Under the pieces are notes generated by a model, which did not search any database, was not told the origin of the DNA, and was given only the letters and a program-made list of their open reading frames with translations. 64,000 nt of DNA, from assembly GCA_035250975.1 (NCBI GenBank), contig DATFEP010000012.1, forward strand, positions 19,870 to 83,869. Direction: 5' to 3'. This DNA comes from Nitrososphaeraceae archaeon (GTDB lineage Archaea; Thermoproteota; Nitrososphaeria; Nitrososphaerales; Nitrososphaeraceae). Made by a program: the position numbers and the translations under genes. Shown here piece by piece: positions 30,966 to 41,251 of the stretch. The stretch's first letter is position 1. Every line of letters starts with the position of its first letter.

Positions 30966-31805
30966 ATGCCACGTATGCTTAAAGAAACATTAAAAGATAT
31001 TTTGACAATTGACGAAATTACTAAAGTATATTCATCTTTTGATATTATTGGAGATATTGTTATTATTAAGATTCCAGACATTCTTCTTTCCAAGAAAGAA
31101 ATAATCGCAAATACGTTATTGAAAAAGATCAAATCCGTAAACACGGTATTTCAACAAATATCACCAGTACAAGGTGACTATCGAATAAGGCAATTAGAAT
31201 TTTTGGCAGGAGAAGAGAAAACCATTACAGAATACAAGGAACATGGATGTATTTTCAAGGTAGATGTTTCAAAAACATATTTTTCACCACGTTTATCAAC
31301 AGAAAGACTGAGGATTTCTAGATTAATAAAAGATAAAGAAGTGATAGTAAATATGTTTGGAGGTATTGGTACATATTCTATAATACTGGCTAAAAAAACA
31401 AATTGCACAGTACATACTATTGATTCAAATCCTACTGCTACAGAACTTTGTTTAGCTAATACTAAATTGAATAGGGTTGAAAATAGAGTTATTCCGATTC
31501 TTGGAGATGTAGCTGAAGTAATACCAAATAAACTAGCAGGTATCGCTACAAGAGTTCTAATGCCTCTTCCAGAGAGAGCTTTTGAATTTATTGATTTAGC
31601 AATTTTAGCACTTAAAAACAAGAAGGGAATAATTCACTTTTTTGCTCATATAAAATCCCATAATAAATTATGCTCACTAGAAGAAGGTAAAAAATATAGT
31701 AATAATGTGTTTGGATCTTATAACAGTAGAATTGTTTCGTGCAGAGTAGTAAGAGAAGTAGGTCCTAGAATTTACCAAATCGTGACTGATATAGAGTTAT
31801 TTTAA
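30966..31805 (+). CDS. Trm5/Tyw2 (Met-10+) family SAM-dependent tRNA modification enzyme
   Basis: FDIIGDI, YKEHGC.F.VD, YFSPRLSTER, NMFGGIG. Confidence 0.87.
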   Translation: MPRMLKETLKDILTIDEITKVYSSFDIIGDIVIIKIPDILLSKKEIIANTLLKKIKSVNTVFQQISPVQGDYRIRQLEFLAGEEKTITEYKEHGCIFKVDVSKTYFSPRLSTERLRISRLIKDKEVIVNMFGGIGTYSIILAKKTNCTVHTIDSNPTATELCLANTKLNRVENRVIPILGDVAEVIPNKLAGIATRVLMPLPERAFEFIDLAILALKNKKGIIHFFAHIKSHNKLCSLEEGKKYSNNVFGSYNSRIVSCRVVREVGPRIYQIVTDIELF

Positions 31806-31816
31806 TTTTTTTGGAT

Positions 31817-32029
31817 CTAGTTATCAGGTAATTCGGTATTTTGAGTTGAGGATACCATAGTATAACCTATCCAAACAAATACAGTAATAACTACACCAAC
31901 TGTAGCTGTGATGGTAAGTTTAATTATTAATAGATCCAGATGAGAGGAAAATAACAAATAAACATATATGAAAAATAACAACGAAGGAACAGTCAAAAGA
32001 AAGATTCCTGTAGTTTTATTACCTTTCAT
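31817..32029 (-). CDS. small two-TM membrane protein
   Basis: two hydrophobic segments ending WIGYTM. Confidence 0.65.
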   Translation of the reverse strand: MKGNKTTGIFLLTVPSLLFFIYVYLLFSSHLDLLIIKLTITATVGVVITVFVWIGYTMVSSTQNTELPDN

Positions 32030-32067
32030 TCTTATAAAAGAACCACATTGAGATAATATATATATCT

Positions 32068-32565
32068 CTAACTAAGGTCTCGTGACATCAAATAAGCATC
32101 TTCACCATCTCGATAATATGAACTAAGTCTGGATTTAATCATAAAGCCAATATCTTGATATAATTTAACTGCTATTTCGTTACTCACTCTTACTTCCAAA
32201 TAAATTTCATCACTCTTTCTCCTAAGAATTCCGTTAATTCCTTCCAACATTAACGCTTTTCCTATTCCTTTTCCTCTATGTTCCTCCAATACAGCAATTG
32301 ATACAACATGTCCTTTTTTTACAAAACCAAGCTTACGAAAATTCGAAAAACCAAATTCTATTTTGCACATGATATAGCCCACAATCTGATTTTTAAATTC
32401 TGCAACAATGAAAGCTTCAGGTAATTCTGTCAAAATTGAGCTAAAAAAATAATCAGAATAATGTTCTGGAAGTGTCCTAAGATTTATGTTTATCACAAAT
32501 TCAAGGTCTTTCGCTTCACAGTGACGAATAATATAGTCACCAATATTTCTGAGTACAGATTGCAA
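32068..32565 (-). CDS. rimI: N-terminal acetyltransferase (Ard1/RimI, GNAT)
   Basis: LPEHY, GHVVSIAV..HRGKGIG, LEVRVSN, YYRDGEDA. Confidence 0.93.
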   Translation of the reverse strand: MQSVLRNIGDYIIRHCEAKDLEFVININLRTLPEHYSDYFFSSILTELPEAFIVAEFKNQIVGYIMCKIEFGFSNFRKLGFVKKGHVVSIAVLEEHRGKGIGKALMLEGINGILRRKSDEIYLEVRVSNEIAVKLYQDIGFMIKSRLSSYYRDGEDAYLMSRDLS

Positions 32566-32707
32566 ATGTATTATGAGTAATTTTGATAAAGTATATAACT
32601 TTATATAGACAGTAAATTAAAAAATGAATCGATAAAATGACATCTTATACAGATTACATGTTTCTATGTTCTACACATAAAAGAATTCTTTAATATCAAT
32701 TTATCAT

Positions 32708-33814
32708 CTATTTCCGAAGCAATGTACTATCTGGATCGGGACAAACTATGATTTTACTATTCCTGCCATATTTTGACAAGAAATTCTCCAGAACTTCCTT
32801 AACATTGTTAAAGGATGTAAGACCAAGTTTTTTACGTGTATAATAAAAAGGTAGTGACGAAACAATTCCAAGATTATACTCTTCCCGTAAACATTTAAGA
32901 AATAGTAGATGTTCCAGTCCATTTATATAATTACCTTTTTTGATTTCATTCATGGATAGCCTTCCCTCGATATACATTTTTAATGCTCCTTCCCCAATAC
33001 CGCCGCTACTTTCAGATAACAGTACAGCGGATCCATTTTTTCTAAGTAAGGGTATAATATTCCAGAGAAAATTCAATGAATTGGTTAGAGTGAGATGATT
33101 CTCATATTCATATCCTGAGCTAGCAATGATTGCCCTATTTTCTCCATCATATAATGTGACCATGGAATTTAAGCTTGAAATAGAATCCTGAAAACTAGAG
33201 ATAGTATTACCATAATGAATACCCACGATACCTGAATTATAGGAAACCAGATCTATTGAGTATATATTTAATTTATTACAAAATTCTAAAGCCATTTTAA
33301 GTGGTTCGCCGACTTCACCTGGTTTTGGAAATTCCATTGAAGAAGATGAAAAAAGTTGATTCATCAAATTATTGCCTGAATTTCTCATTAGAATAGAAGG
33401 AGTTCCATGGAATCCAAACAATGGATCGTGATATACTCTGGAAATAAAAACAACCTGATTATATTTTTTAATTTTGTCAAGGAGATCCTGTTTTTCTATT
33501 TGTATAATTGGTTTTTTGTAATTAGAAAAATAAGTTCTAATTAGCTGAAATATTATTGGATAAGTGCCAATTTCTATCTCAAAATCTGGATTAGAATTAG
33601 AGATGTCAACCAATAATGAGAGTATTTTTATTACCGCTTTAGAACCCGATAAAGGAAAGAATAGAGTTTTTTTTAAAAAATTGATATTTGTCAGAAAATT
33701 ATATAAATATTCTTTAGCGAAAATCTGTGGTGTAGGTACAAAGTGACTTAAATTTTCTTGTTTGATATCAAGAACTACGTTGGTAGTTCCGTAGCCAAGC
33801 CATATCTCGGGCAT
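32708..33814 (-). CDS. degenerate lactate-racemase (LarA/DUF2088)-like protein
   Basis: EIWLGYG N-terminus, HDPLFGFHG, IASSGY, G..VLLSE..GGIG resemble the LarA scaffold; catalytic motifs eroded. Confidence 0.55.
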   Translation of the reverse strand: MPEIWLGYGTTNVVLDIKQENLSHFVPTPQIFAKEYLYNFLTNINFLKKTLFFPLSGSKAVIKILSLLVDISNSNPDFEIEIGTYPIIFQLIRTYFSNYKKPIIQIEKQDLLDKIKKYNQVVFISRVYHDPLFGFHGTPSILMRNSGNNLMNQLFSSSSMEFPKPGEVGEPLKMALEFCNKLNIYSIDLVSYNSGIVGIHYGNTISSFQDSISSLNSMVTLYDGENRAIIASSGYEYENHLTLTNSLNFLWNIIPLLRKNGSAVLLSESSGGIGEGALKMYIEGRLSMNEIKKGNYINGLEHLLFLKCLREEYNLGIVSSLPFYYTRKKLGLTSFNNVKEVLENFLSKYGRNSKIIVCPDPDSTLLRK

Positions 33815-33865
33815 AACGAATTATCTAAAAGAGTTAAAATAAATCTCTTTCACATTAAGATTGAA

Positions 33866-34459
33866 ATGGAAGATTTTCGAATTAATTTTGCAACCTTCTT
33901 AATCCAGTCTAATTCGCTCAAATTCGGTAAATTTAGACTTTCTAGCGGATTAGATAGTAGTTATTACGTAGACCTCAGAAATATACAGAGTCATCCATCA
34001 ATCTTTCATCAAACGATAATTTCTTTAAGAGACAAGATAATAGACGATAGATTGGAATTTGACTGTTTAGCTACAGTTCCAACATCAGGTTTAGTATTTA
34101 CATCTGCATTAGCGTATGAAATCTTCAGACCTCTAATATACATAAGAAAGGAGTCAAAAGGTTACGGAGTTAACAATTTAATTGAAGGAAAATTGCAAGA
34201 GAATCAGAATGTCTTACTAATAGATGATGTAATTACAACAGGACAGTCCTTAAAACATGCAATAAAGGTAATCAGAAATAATGGTGCAAAAGTGAACAAT
34301 GTATTATCAATACTTTTTAGGGGAAATAATGAAATAATCGATAAATACACGCAAATAGATATTGACCTAAAGTTTTTAATAACGATGACAGAAATTTCAG
34401 ATATCCTTTATTCTAGAAATTTAATAGACAGAGAAAAAAGAGAAGAGCTTAAAAAATAA
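33866..34459 (+). CDS. pyrE: orotate phosphoribosyltransferase
   Basis: FGKFRLSSG..S.YYVDLR, YIRKE.K.YG, LLIDDVITTG; start moved to ATG 33866 to remove overlap with the divergent gene. Confidence 0.93.
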   Translation: MEDFRINFATFLIQSNSLKFGKFRLSSGLDSSYYVDLRNIQSHPSIFHQTIISLRDKIIDDRLEFDCLATVPTSGLVFTSALAYEIFRPLIYIRKESKGYGVNNLIEGKLQENQNVLLIDDVITTGQSLKHAIKVIRNNGAKVNNVLSILFRGNNEIIDKYTQIDIDLKFLITMTEISDILYSRNLIDREKREELKK

Positions 34460-34474
34460 AAACGGCTTAAAGGA

Positions 34475-35038
34475 TCATCCCTCATAAATCATCAAGTTCT
34501 TCTCTTCAAGTAACGTATGCAAATTATGAACAGCTCGATAAACTTCGGCTTCTTTTTTAGCCCCAGTGCACACTAATTTACCACTGGCAAACAGGAGTAT
34601 AACGGTCTTTGGATCCAACATTCTGTGAATTAGTCCAGGAAATTGTTCAGGTTCATACATACTTCGTGGAAGTACACGGGCAGCGAGTTCTAAGTGGATT
34701 TTACCTCCTAGACTAGCTGATGCTACGATATTTTGAATTTCTATAATAGGCTCATTTTCTATGTTAATACTTCCTTTTTTTAACTTTTGTACAACACTCT
34801 TTACTGCTTTGATAGCTTGATCTTCAGATTTAGCCCCAGTACAAACCATCTTTCCAGAGCTAAAGATCAAAGTGGCCGTTTTTGGTGATTTTAATCTAAA
34901 AACTAGTCCCGGAAATTGGTCAGGATGATATTCTACATCCGGAAATATCTGAGTTATTTGGTTTAAATTGACAGTTTGATTAATTGTAGCAGACGCAACA
35001 ACATTTTCGATACTTACAATGGGTTTTGTTTGCGGCAT
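34475..35038 (-). CDS. tbp: TATA-box binding protein
   Basis: two repeats: NVVASA..YHPDQFPGL..FSSGKMVCTGAK / NIVASA..YEPEQFPGL..FASGKLVCTGAK. Confidence 0.98.
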   Translation of the reverse strand: MPQTKPIVSIENVVASATINQTVNLNQITQIFPDVEYHPDQFPGLVFRLKSPKTATLIFSSGKMVCTGAKSEDQAIKAVKSVVQKLKKGSINIENEPIIEIQNIVASASLGGKIHLELAARVLPRSMYEPEQFPGLIHRMLDPKTVILLFASGKLVCTGAKKEAEVYRAVHNLHTLLEEKNLMIYEG

Positions 35039-35155
35039 ATTGGTATGCTTTCTGTAGACTATATAAATATATTATATAAACTTATACTAAAAAACGGAGT
35101 CTACTCATCATAAAAAGCAATTAATATATTTAGATATTGGAATCAACATTATAAA

Positions 35156-36541
35156 ATGTCGTTTAGAATTGATAGAGATTCCTTAGGTGAAATTGAAGTT
35201 CCTATAGATTCATACTATGGTCCTTTTACTTCTAGAGCATTAAAACAATACAAAGTTAGTGGGCAAAAATCGCATGTTAACTTGGTAAAAGCTTTTGCCA
35301 TGATTAAACGGTCTGCAGCGATAGCAAATATGGAATTGGATATTTTGGATAGAAAGATAGCACAAGCAATAATTCAGGCTTGTGACGAGATTTTATCAGG
35401 AAGACATATAGAGGAATTTGTGATAGAATCGATTAATTCTGGAGCTGGAACAGCTTTTAATATGAATTCAAACGAGGTAATAGCTAATAGGGCATTGGAA
35501 ATTCTTGGCAAAAAGAAGGGAGAATACAATGTTGTGAGTCCCAATGATCATGTGAACATGTCTCAATCCAGCAATGATACTTTTCCAACAGCCATGAATA
35601 TTGCCATATTAATAAACATCAAAATTACAATTGATTCGTTAGACAAGCTGATAGAATCATTAAGAAAAAAAGGAATAGAATTTGCAGAAATTATCAAAAT
35701 AGGAAGAACACATTTAATGGATGCTATACCGGTGACACTAGGTGCGGAGTTTGATGAATATGTTTTTTCACTAGAAAAGGCAAAGGAAATGATAATAATA
35801 GCAAAACAAAAATTAGAATTTATCGGCTTAGGTGGAACGGCAGTCGGTACAGGGGCTAATTCACCAAGAGGATATAAAAATAAAGTCGTAAAAAATCTTT
35901 CAGAGTTATCAGGTTTTAACTTAAAATCTTCGGACAATCTGTTTTATTCATTACAAAGCAAATATGAAGTAGCAAATTGTTCATCTTCCTTAAGGAATCT
36001 AGCACTAGAAATTATCAAACTTGCTAATGATTTAAGACTGATGGCTTCTGGACCTACAGCTGGTTTAGCTGAAATATTAATTCCAGCAGTTCATGCAGGT
36101 TCTTCGATAATGCCGGGGAAGGTAAATCCTTCGCTTGCAGAGTGCTTAAACATGATATGTTTTGATATAATTGGAAGAGACGTTTCAATTGCAATGGCTG
36201 CTCAGGCGGGACAATTTGAGTTAAATGTAATGTTACCAGGAATGCTAAAAAACATTTTAGATGCTACAGATATGTTAATCAACTTTCTTCCAATATTTGC
36301 TTCCAATTTCATCGATGGAATACAAGCAAATACTAAAAAATTAAGGGATCAGATGGAAAATAGTCCAATATTGATAACTCTTTTAAATCCATACATCGGA
36401 TATTTAAGGGCGGCTGAGATATACAAAGAAGCTTTAGAAACTAGACGAAGTATTCGAGAGTTAGTATTGGAAAAAAAGCTGATGAGTGAACATGAATTGA
36501 ATAAAGCATTATCAGATGAAAAAATACTTGGGTTGGCATGA
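35156..36541 (+). CDS. class II fumarate hydratase / aspartate ammonia-lyase family
   Basis: GSSIMPGKVNP signature, SQSSNDTFPT, GRTHLMDA. Confidence 0.88.
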   Translation: MSFRIDRDSLGEIEVPIDSYYGPFTSRALKQYKVSGQKSHVNLVKAFAMIKRSAAIANMELDILDRKIAQAIIQACDEILSGRHIEEFVIESINSGAGTAFNMNSNEVIANRALEILGKKKGEYNVVSPNDHVNMSQSSNDTFPTAMNIAILINIKITIDSLDKLIESLRKKGIEFAEIIKIGRTHLMDAIPVTLGAEFDEYVFSLEKAKEMIIIAKQKLEFIGLGGTAVGTGANSPRGYKNKVVKNLSELSGFNLKSSDNLFYSLQSKYEVANCSSSLRNLALEIIKLANDLRLMASGPTAGLAEILIPAVHAGSSIMPGKVNPSLAECLNMICFDIIGRDVSIAMAAQAGQFELNVMLPGMLKNILDATDMLINFLPIFASNFIDGIQANTKKLRDQMENSPILITLLNPYIGYLRAAEIYKEALETRRSIRELVLEKKLMSEHELNKALSDEKILGLA

Positions 36542-36647
36542 TCGTTTATGGAATAAATATAGAATTTTGAGTTGAAATGCTTTTTCTTTCGAAAAGATAT
36601 TCATAATGTTTAAGTCATACTCCGTACAATGATAGAGTAATAAAAAT

Positions 36648-36791
36648 TTGGACAGTGCATATATCGCACTTAATAATGAACAAAACAATAAAGAAATCGA
36701 TAAAGAACTGATAGACAATCTGAGAATATATCTAGGATTTGACGATGAAGACGATTTGAGGAGATATTTAAAACACTATTTTGTAGAGTAA
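36648..36791 (+). CDS. putative 47-aa microprotein (MDSAYIALNNEQNNKEIDKELIDNLRIYLGFDDEDDLRRYLKHYFVE)
   Basis: TTG start, TTTAAG box about 35 nt upstream, T-run downstream; below ORF-track cutoff. Confidence 0.4.
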   Translation: MDSAYIALNNEQNNKEIDKELIDNLRIYLGFDDEDDLRRYLKHYFVE

Positions 36792-37017
36792 GTAACCGTA
36801 TGTAGATGAGCTTTTTTTATATGATGAATTGCTTTTTTTTGAAATCATCTTTCTGCTAAATTAGAATATAACAATTATTGTATAAAATAGTAAGATTTTT
36901 TTTATACTAATCAGATCTAGAAAAAAAATCTATAAGTTTTCAATGATAGATAGTTTCTATTATTTTCACATTAGATAATTACTAATTTCTTATATTGGAT
37001 TAAATATAACATAATCT

Positions 37018-37170
37018 ATGCATCCAGATGATTTGAATAGTATTTGGTATTGCGAGGATTGTCATGATAGTTTCTTTTTTAATTCAGATGTGGATGATCA
37101 TAAAACAAAAACTGGTCACAGTAAAATACGAAAAATTAATTCCATTCAAGGTAGAATGATACAGGAATAA
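37018..37170 (+). CDS. 50-aa C2H2 zinc-finger microprotein
   Basis: MHPDDLNSIWYCEDCHDSFFFNSDVDDHKTKTGHSK...: C-x2-C-x3-F-x8-H-x5-H; AT-rich TATA-like sequence upstream. Confidence 0.75.
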   Translation: MHPDDLNSIWYCEDCHDSFFFNSDVDDHKTKTGHSKIRKINSIQGRMIQE

Positions 37171-38244
37171 AATGATATTAAATAAAGGTATGAATTTTCT
37201 CTGACAAATCTCCTTTGTAGTAATTACATGGGTTTGTGCTTTCTTAGTTACCTTTTTTAACGGATGTTAGACGATCGATGATTGTAAAATCAATGACAAA
37301 AGTGATAAACTAAAGAAATAAAGATTTAGTCTCCTTGTGGATAAATAAACTCAGTCATGTAATAACACCAATGTCAATAAAGGATTCTTCAATCCCAAAA
37401 ATCTTGATTGGTAAAATAAATTCTTTGATAATATTTAAATCATTTAATCCTTTTTATTTTAAGGATTTTTTACATCATATATGTAAAAAGTCACCTAGGT
37501 AATATTTAATATTGTTTAGACCTCAATTTCCACCACACAGTAAATCCGAAATAGATAGTTATGTAGTATAATTTTTACAAAAGGTTTAAAATCTTTTTAA
37601 TGGCATGAACCAGTTTAATCCAAAATTTTTTAGTTTCGGTAGTTATATCATTGGAAATTTTCTTGTAATACTATATCCTCAAAATCAATTGAGATTGAAA
37701 ATCGATTTTATTGTTTCAACACACTGGTAACATTATTAATTTGAACAACTGATTTGGATTGTCATAGCGTATCTAATTTAGGCATATAACAGTTTTTCAT
37801 TCAAGTCATGAACAGATGCTTCAAACATCACTCTAGTTACTATATTTTCAAATTGAATAAATGCAAAATATTTATCAATTGACTTCTGATAAACGAAAAT
37901 AAGTCAGATATATCAATACGTTCTTAATCTAAGGAAACCTATTTTCTTTTCATGTACACTTTGTATTTTACATTCTATCAAATAGTATGACTTATAGCTT
38001 GTTAAAGATGGTGGACAGGATAAAAAAACGCAACAAATACTAATGCTTTTGTCTTATTTATTATTTTATTATATTTGCAAGATTATTTACTATGATATTG
38101 GAGCAAATATTATGATATTATAAATATATTTAAGAACACCAGATAGACAGAGAAGTTATTCATATATGTTCTAACCGAGTAATATATAAATTATAATGAA
38201 TTACTAAATCAATGTTTTTTAACAAATTTTCTTTGGACAATAAT

Positions 38245-40044
38245 TCACAAGAGTTTTTCTAATTGTGTGATTTTTTCTGCTACTAGGTCAAAACCTTGTT
38301 GCCAAAAGCTTTTATTTGAAATATTAATTCCGATTTCGTTTAGTAAATGTTCCGGCTTCTTTGACCCACCAGCTGAAAGTATTTTTAGATATTTTGGAGT
38401 AAAAGATTTTCCTTCCTTTTTATATAGATTAAATAACGAAAGTACCAATAAGTTGCCAAATGAATAGGCGTAACAATAGAACGGAGTATGGTAAAAATGA
38501 GGAATATAAAGCCATTCCCACTGAAATTCTTCAGAAATGTCCATACAAGATCCAAATTGTTTAGTCAGATTTTGATGATATATATTTGAAAGCTCGTCTA
38601 TAGTTGAATTATTTTTGGTTACGCTGTTATGCGCTTCTATTTCAAAAATTGTAAAAAATGATTGACGCATAATAGTGGCATACATGTCATCTATTTGTTC
38701 TGATAACAAGATGCTTTTTTCTGAATATTCCGCCTCTGCTACTAATTTTTCATTCAAAAGCATTTCAGCAAATACAGATGCAGTTTCAGCTAATGGTAAC
38801 GGGGCATGGGATACAGTTATGGGCAAATTTTTAGAGCAAATACTGTGTATAGCGTGACCAAATTCATGAGCCATTGTTGAAACATCACGTGATCGACCAT
38901 CAAAATTCAACAATACATAAGGAGTTATTTTTGGCGTGATAGTAGAACAAAATGCACCTCCCATTTTTCCTTTTCTTATTTCTGAATCTACATGGTTATT
39001 AGTAAAAAGCAGTGCAACATACTCACGAAATCTAGGATCGAATGATTCGAATACATTAAGAACTAGATTAACGGCCTGTTCATACGTATATTTTTTGACT
39101 TTTGTATTTGTAACAAGCGGAGCGTAAAGATGATATCTGGTTAATTTTTTCATTCCCAACATTTTTGCTTTTAATTTGAAATATTTTTGAAATATCAGAG
39201 AATTTTGTTTACATGTATGTAGTAAAGTATTTATGATCTCGTCACCAATATCATTAGACATATTCCTTACAGAGATCGGTGAATCAAATCCCCTCACTTT
39301 GATGTTTTCATCATGCCATTGAATTATCAGATTGGTATAAATTTCCCCAAGAATTCCACTATATTTTTTGTATACTGTAAATAATGCTTTATATGCTGCT
39401 TCTCTTTCTTCAGGTTTTGCACTTCTAACAAGAGACATTAGTTTTTCTTTATTATCATATTTTTTTTTTTGAATCCTATCATTTTTCTTAATTACGGTTA
39501 CAAATTCAAAATCATTTGTCATTCTATCATAGATTTTTACAAGGGCGCCCGGTCCCGTAACGTCAAAAATATTTATGAGTTTTTCTTCTTTTTCAGATAA
39601 AGTATATTTACCCATTAGTCTTTTATGTTGAAGAAATTCTCTATACACAGGATCAATATTTTGGATCAATTTTTTAGCCACATTTTCATTCAATATATTT
39701 TTAAACCATATATCAAAAATGAGCAATTTATTGGAGATATCTGTTCCCAATAATTCCATTTCGGTAACTAAAGCAGAATATTTATTTGAGTTAGTATCAG
39801 TACAATATTGTAAATGTGCGTGCCCCATTACTCTATTAAGTTTTTCTGAGATATTTTCTACCAGATTCATGATATTTGAAAATTTTTGTATTGTAATTGA
39901 ATTGTTTAGAAATTTCTTCGATTTTTCAAATTTCTTAACATCATTACTTATCTGTTCTAAATAAATTTGTGATGTATTTTTTTTATTATCAATAAGGTCG
40001 TTTAACCTCCACCTACCTAGACGAGGTTCTTCTGGTATTACCAT
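38245..40044 (-). CDS. pepF: M3 family oligoendopeptidase F
   Basis: GK.GGAFC, HEFGH zinc motif, AETAS, W..IPHFY..PFYCYAY. Confidence 0.93.
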   Translation of the reverse strand: MVIPEEPRLGRWRLNDLIDNKKNTSQIYLEQISNDVKKFEKSKKFLNNSITIQKFSNIMNLVENISEKLNRVMGHAHLQYCTDTNSNKYSALVTEMELLGTDISNKLLIFDIWFKNILNENVAKKLIQNIDPVYREFLQHKRLMGKYTLSEKEEKLINIFDVTGPGALVKIYDRMTNDFEFVTVIKKNDRIQKKKYDNKEKLMSLVRSAKPEEREAAYKALFTVYKKYSGILGEIYTNLIIQWHDENIKVRGFDSPISVRNMSNDIGDEIINTLLHTCKQNSLIFQKYFKLKAKMLGMKKLTRYHLYAPLVTNTKVKKYTYEQAVNLVLNVFESFDPRFREYVALLFTNNHVDSEIRKGKMGGAFCSTITPKITPYVLLNFDGRSRDVSTMAHEFGHAIHSICSKNLPITVSHAPLPLAETASVFAEMLLNEKLVAEAEYSEKSILLSEQIDDMYATIMRQSFFTIFEIEAHNSVTKNNSTIDELSNIYHQNLTKQFGSCMDISEEFQWEWLYIPHFYHTPFYCYAYSFGNLLVLSLFNLYKKEGKSFTPKYLKILSAGGSKKPEHLLNEIGINISNKSFWQQGFDLVAEKITQLEKLL

Positions 40045-40782
40045 AAATTAAACATATTTTCAAGTTTTAAACTTATATTAATAGTTATCAATTAATTGGT
40101 TGAAAGAATAATATTAAGAAAAAATTTTGGTTAAAACAATTTATAGCCACGTAATATATTGTCTAGTATTCAGTATTTATATATATAAAATATATCCAAA
40201 TTAATTACTGTTAGAGGAAACTTCTTATTCAGTCTTTGCCCCGACAGCTAATTCCAATTCTGATATTTACCTCACATTTTTTTCTTTCTTTTTCAAAATC
40301 AAAAGAAAATCGAGATATTACAATTGTGGAAAGATTTCTGTAAATTTAGCCAATAGATTTAAGAATGTTGAAAGGTTCTAAAAATAACCTAGGAGAATTT
40401 TTATGTGTGGTATTTTCTAGAATTCTCAGATTTTAATTTGATCATTAAATATCAAATACGCAATCAACTAAGATTACAATAATATTCTGAAGAGTGGTTT
40501 TGATAGTAAAATTTTTTTGTTAATCTATTACAATTCTACAACCCCAAAAATAATATTATGTGAAATGTTTGATGGATATTAAAAATAATACCAAAAAACA
40601 TCAAAGACAAAATTATAAAAAATGAATATCATTATTCATAAACAAATTCTTGAGGTGCAAGATGTCTTTTGACCCGAACACTTTAAACTGGAATTTCTCT
40701 TTTTTAAGGAACTGAATTATCTAATAAATCAAGTTTTTTCTCCTGTGCATATTTGTTAAACAGAATTATCTACAACTAGAAT

Positions 40783-41211
40783 TCAAGAATTATGATAAAC
40801 ACTAGACAACACATTCTTAAGTTTTGGAACAGAATCAAAAAAATCCATATCCTGTGGCCGTATCCACCTATACTCTGAATTTTCCCAATTAAGTTTTATG
40901 ATGTTTGTCATGGATAAAAAAAGAAAAGGATGGATAATTAGTTTTATATGATTATCAGATAAAAATAAAGACAATGTTTCTCCTTGTTGTAATAGTGTGA
41001 GAAATTTTTTTTCGATACCTGTTTCCTCGAAAATTTCTCGATATGCGCAAGATAAGGGGTCTTCGTTTTCTATAAACCCACTTATTCCTGCCCATTTATT
41101 CTTCATAGTTTTTACGTTGTTACTTCTCTTCAATAACAGGATCTTTTTTTCATGATATAAAAAAACGGTGACTACATCATGTGCTGAAGATATCTCTGAA
41201 CACCAATACAT
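40783..41211 (-). CDS. NUDIX hydrolase
   Basis: ILLLKRS, W..ISGFIE.EDP..AYREIFEETG Nudix box, LNWEN.EYRW. Confidence 0.88.
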   Translation of the reverse strand: MYWCSEISSAHDVVTVFLYHEKKILLLKRSNNVKTMKNKWAGISGFIENEDPLSCAYREIFEETGIEKKFLTLLQQGETLSLFLSDNHIKLIIHPFLFLSMTNIIKLNWENSEYRWIRPQDMDFFDSVPKLKNVLSSVYHNS

Positions 41212-41251
41212 TGATAAAAAAAAGCTATTTATTAATTCACAAGTTTTTAAA

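Noticed and set aside
33758-33865. N-terminal extension of PyrE (likewise Tal 24638-24667, DtdA 42065-42145, PolB 59727-59816)
   Set aside because: Longest-ORF artefacts overlapping neighbours or promoters; homology starts downstream
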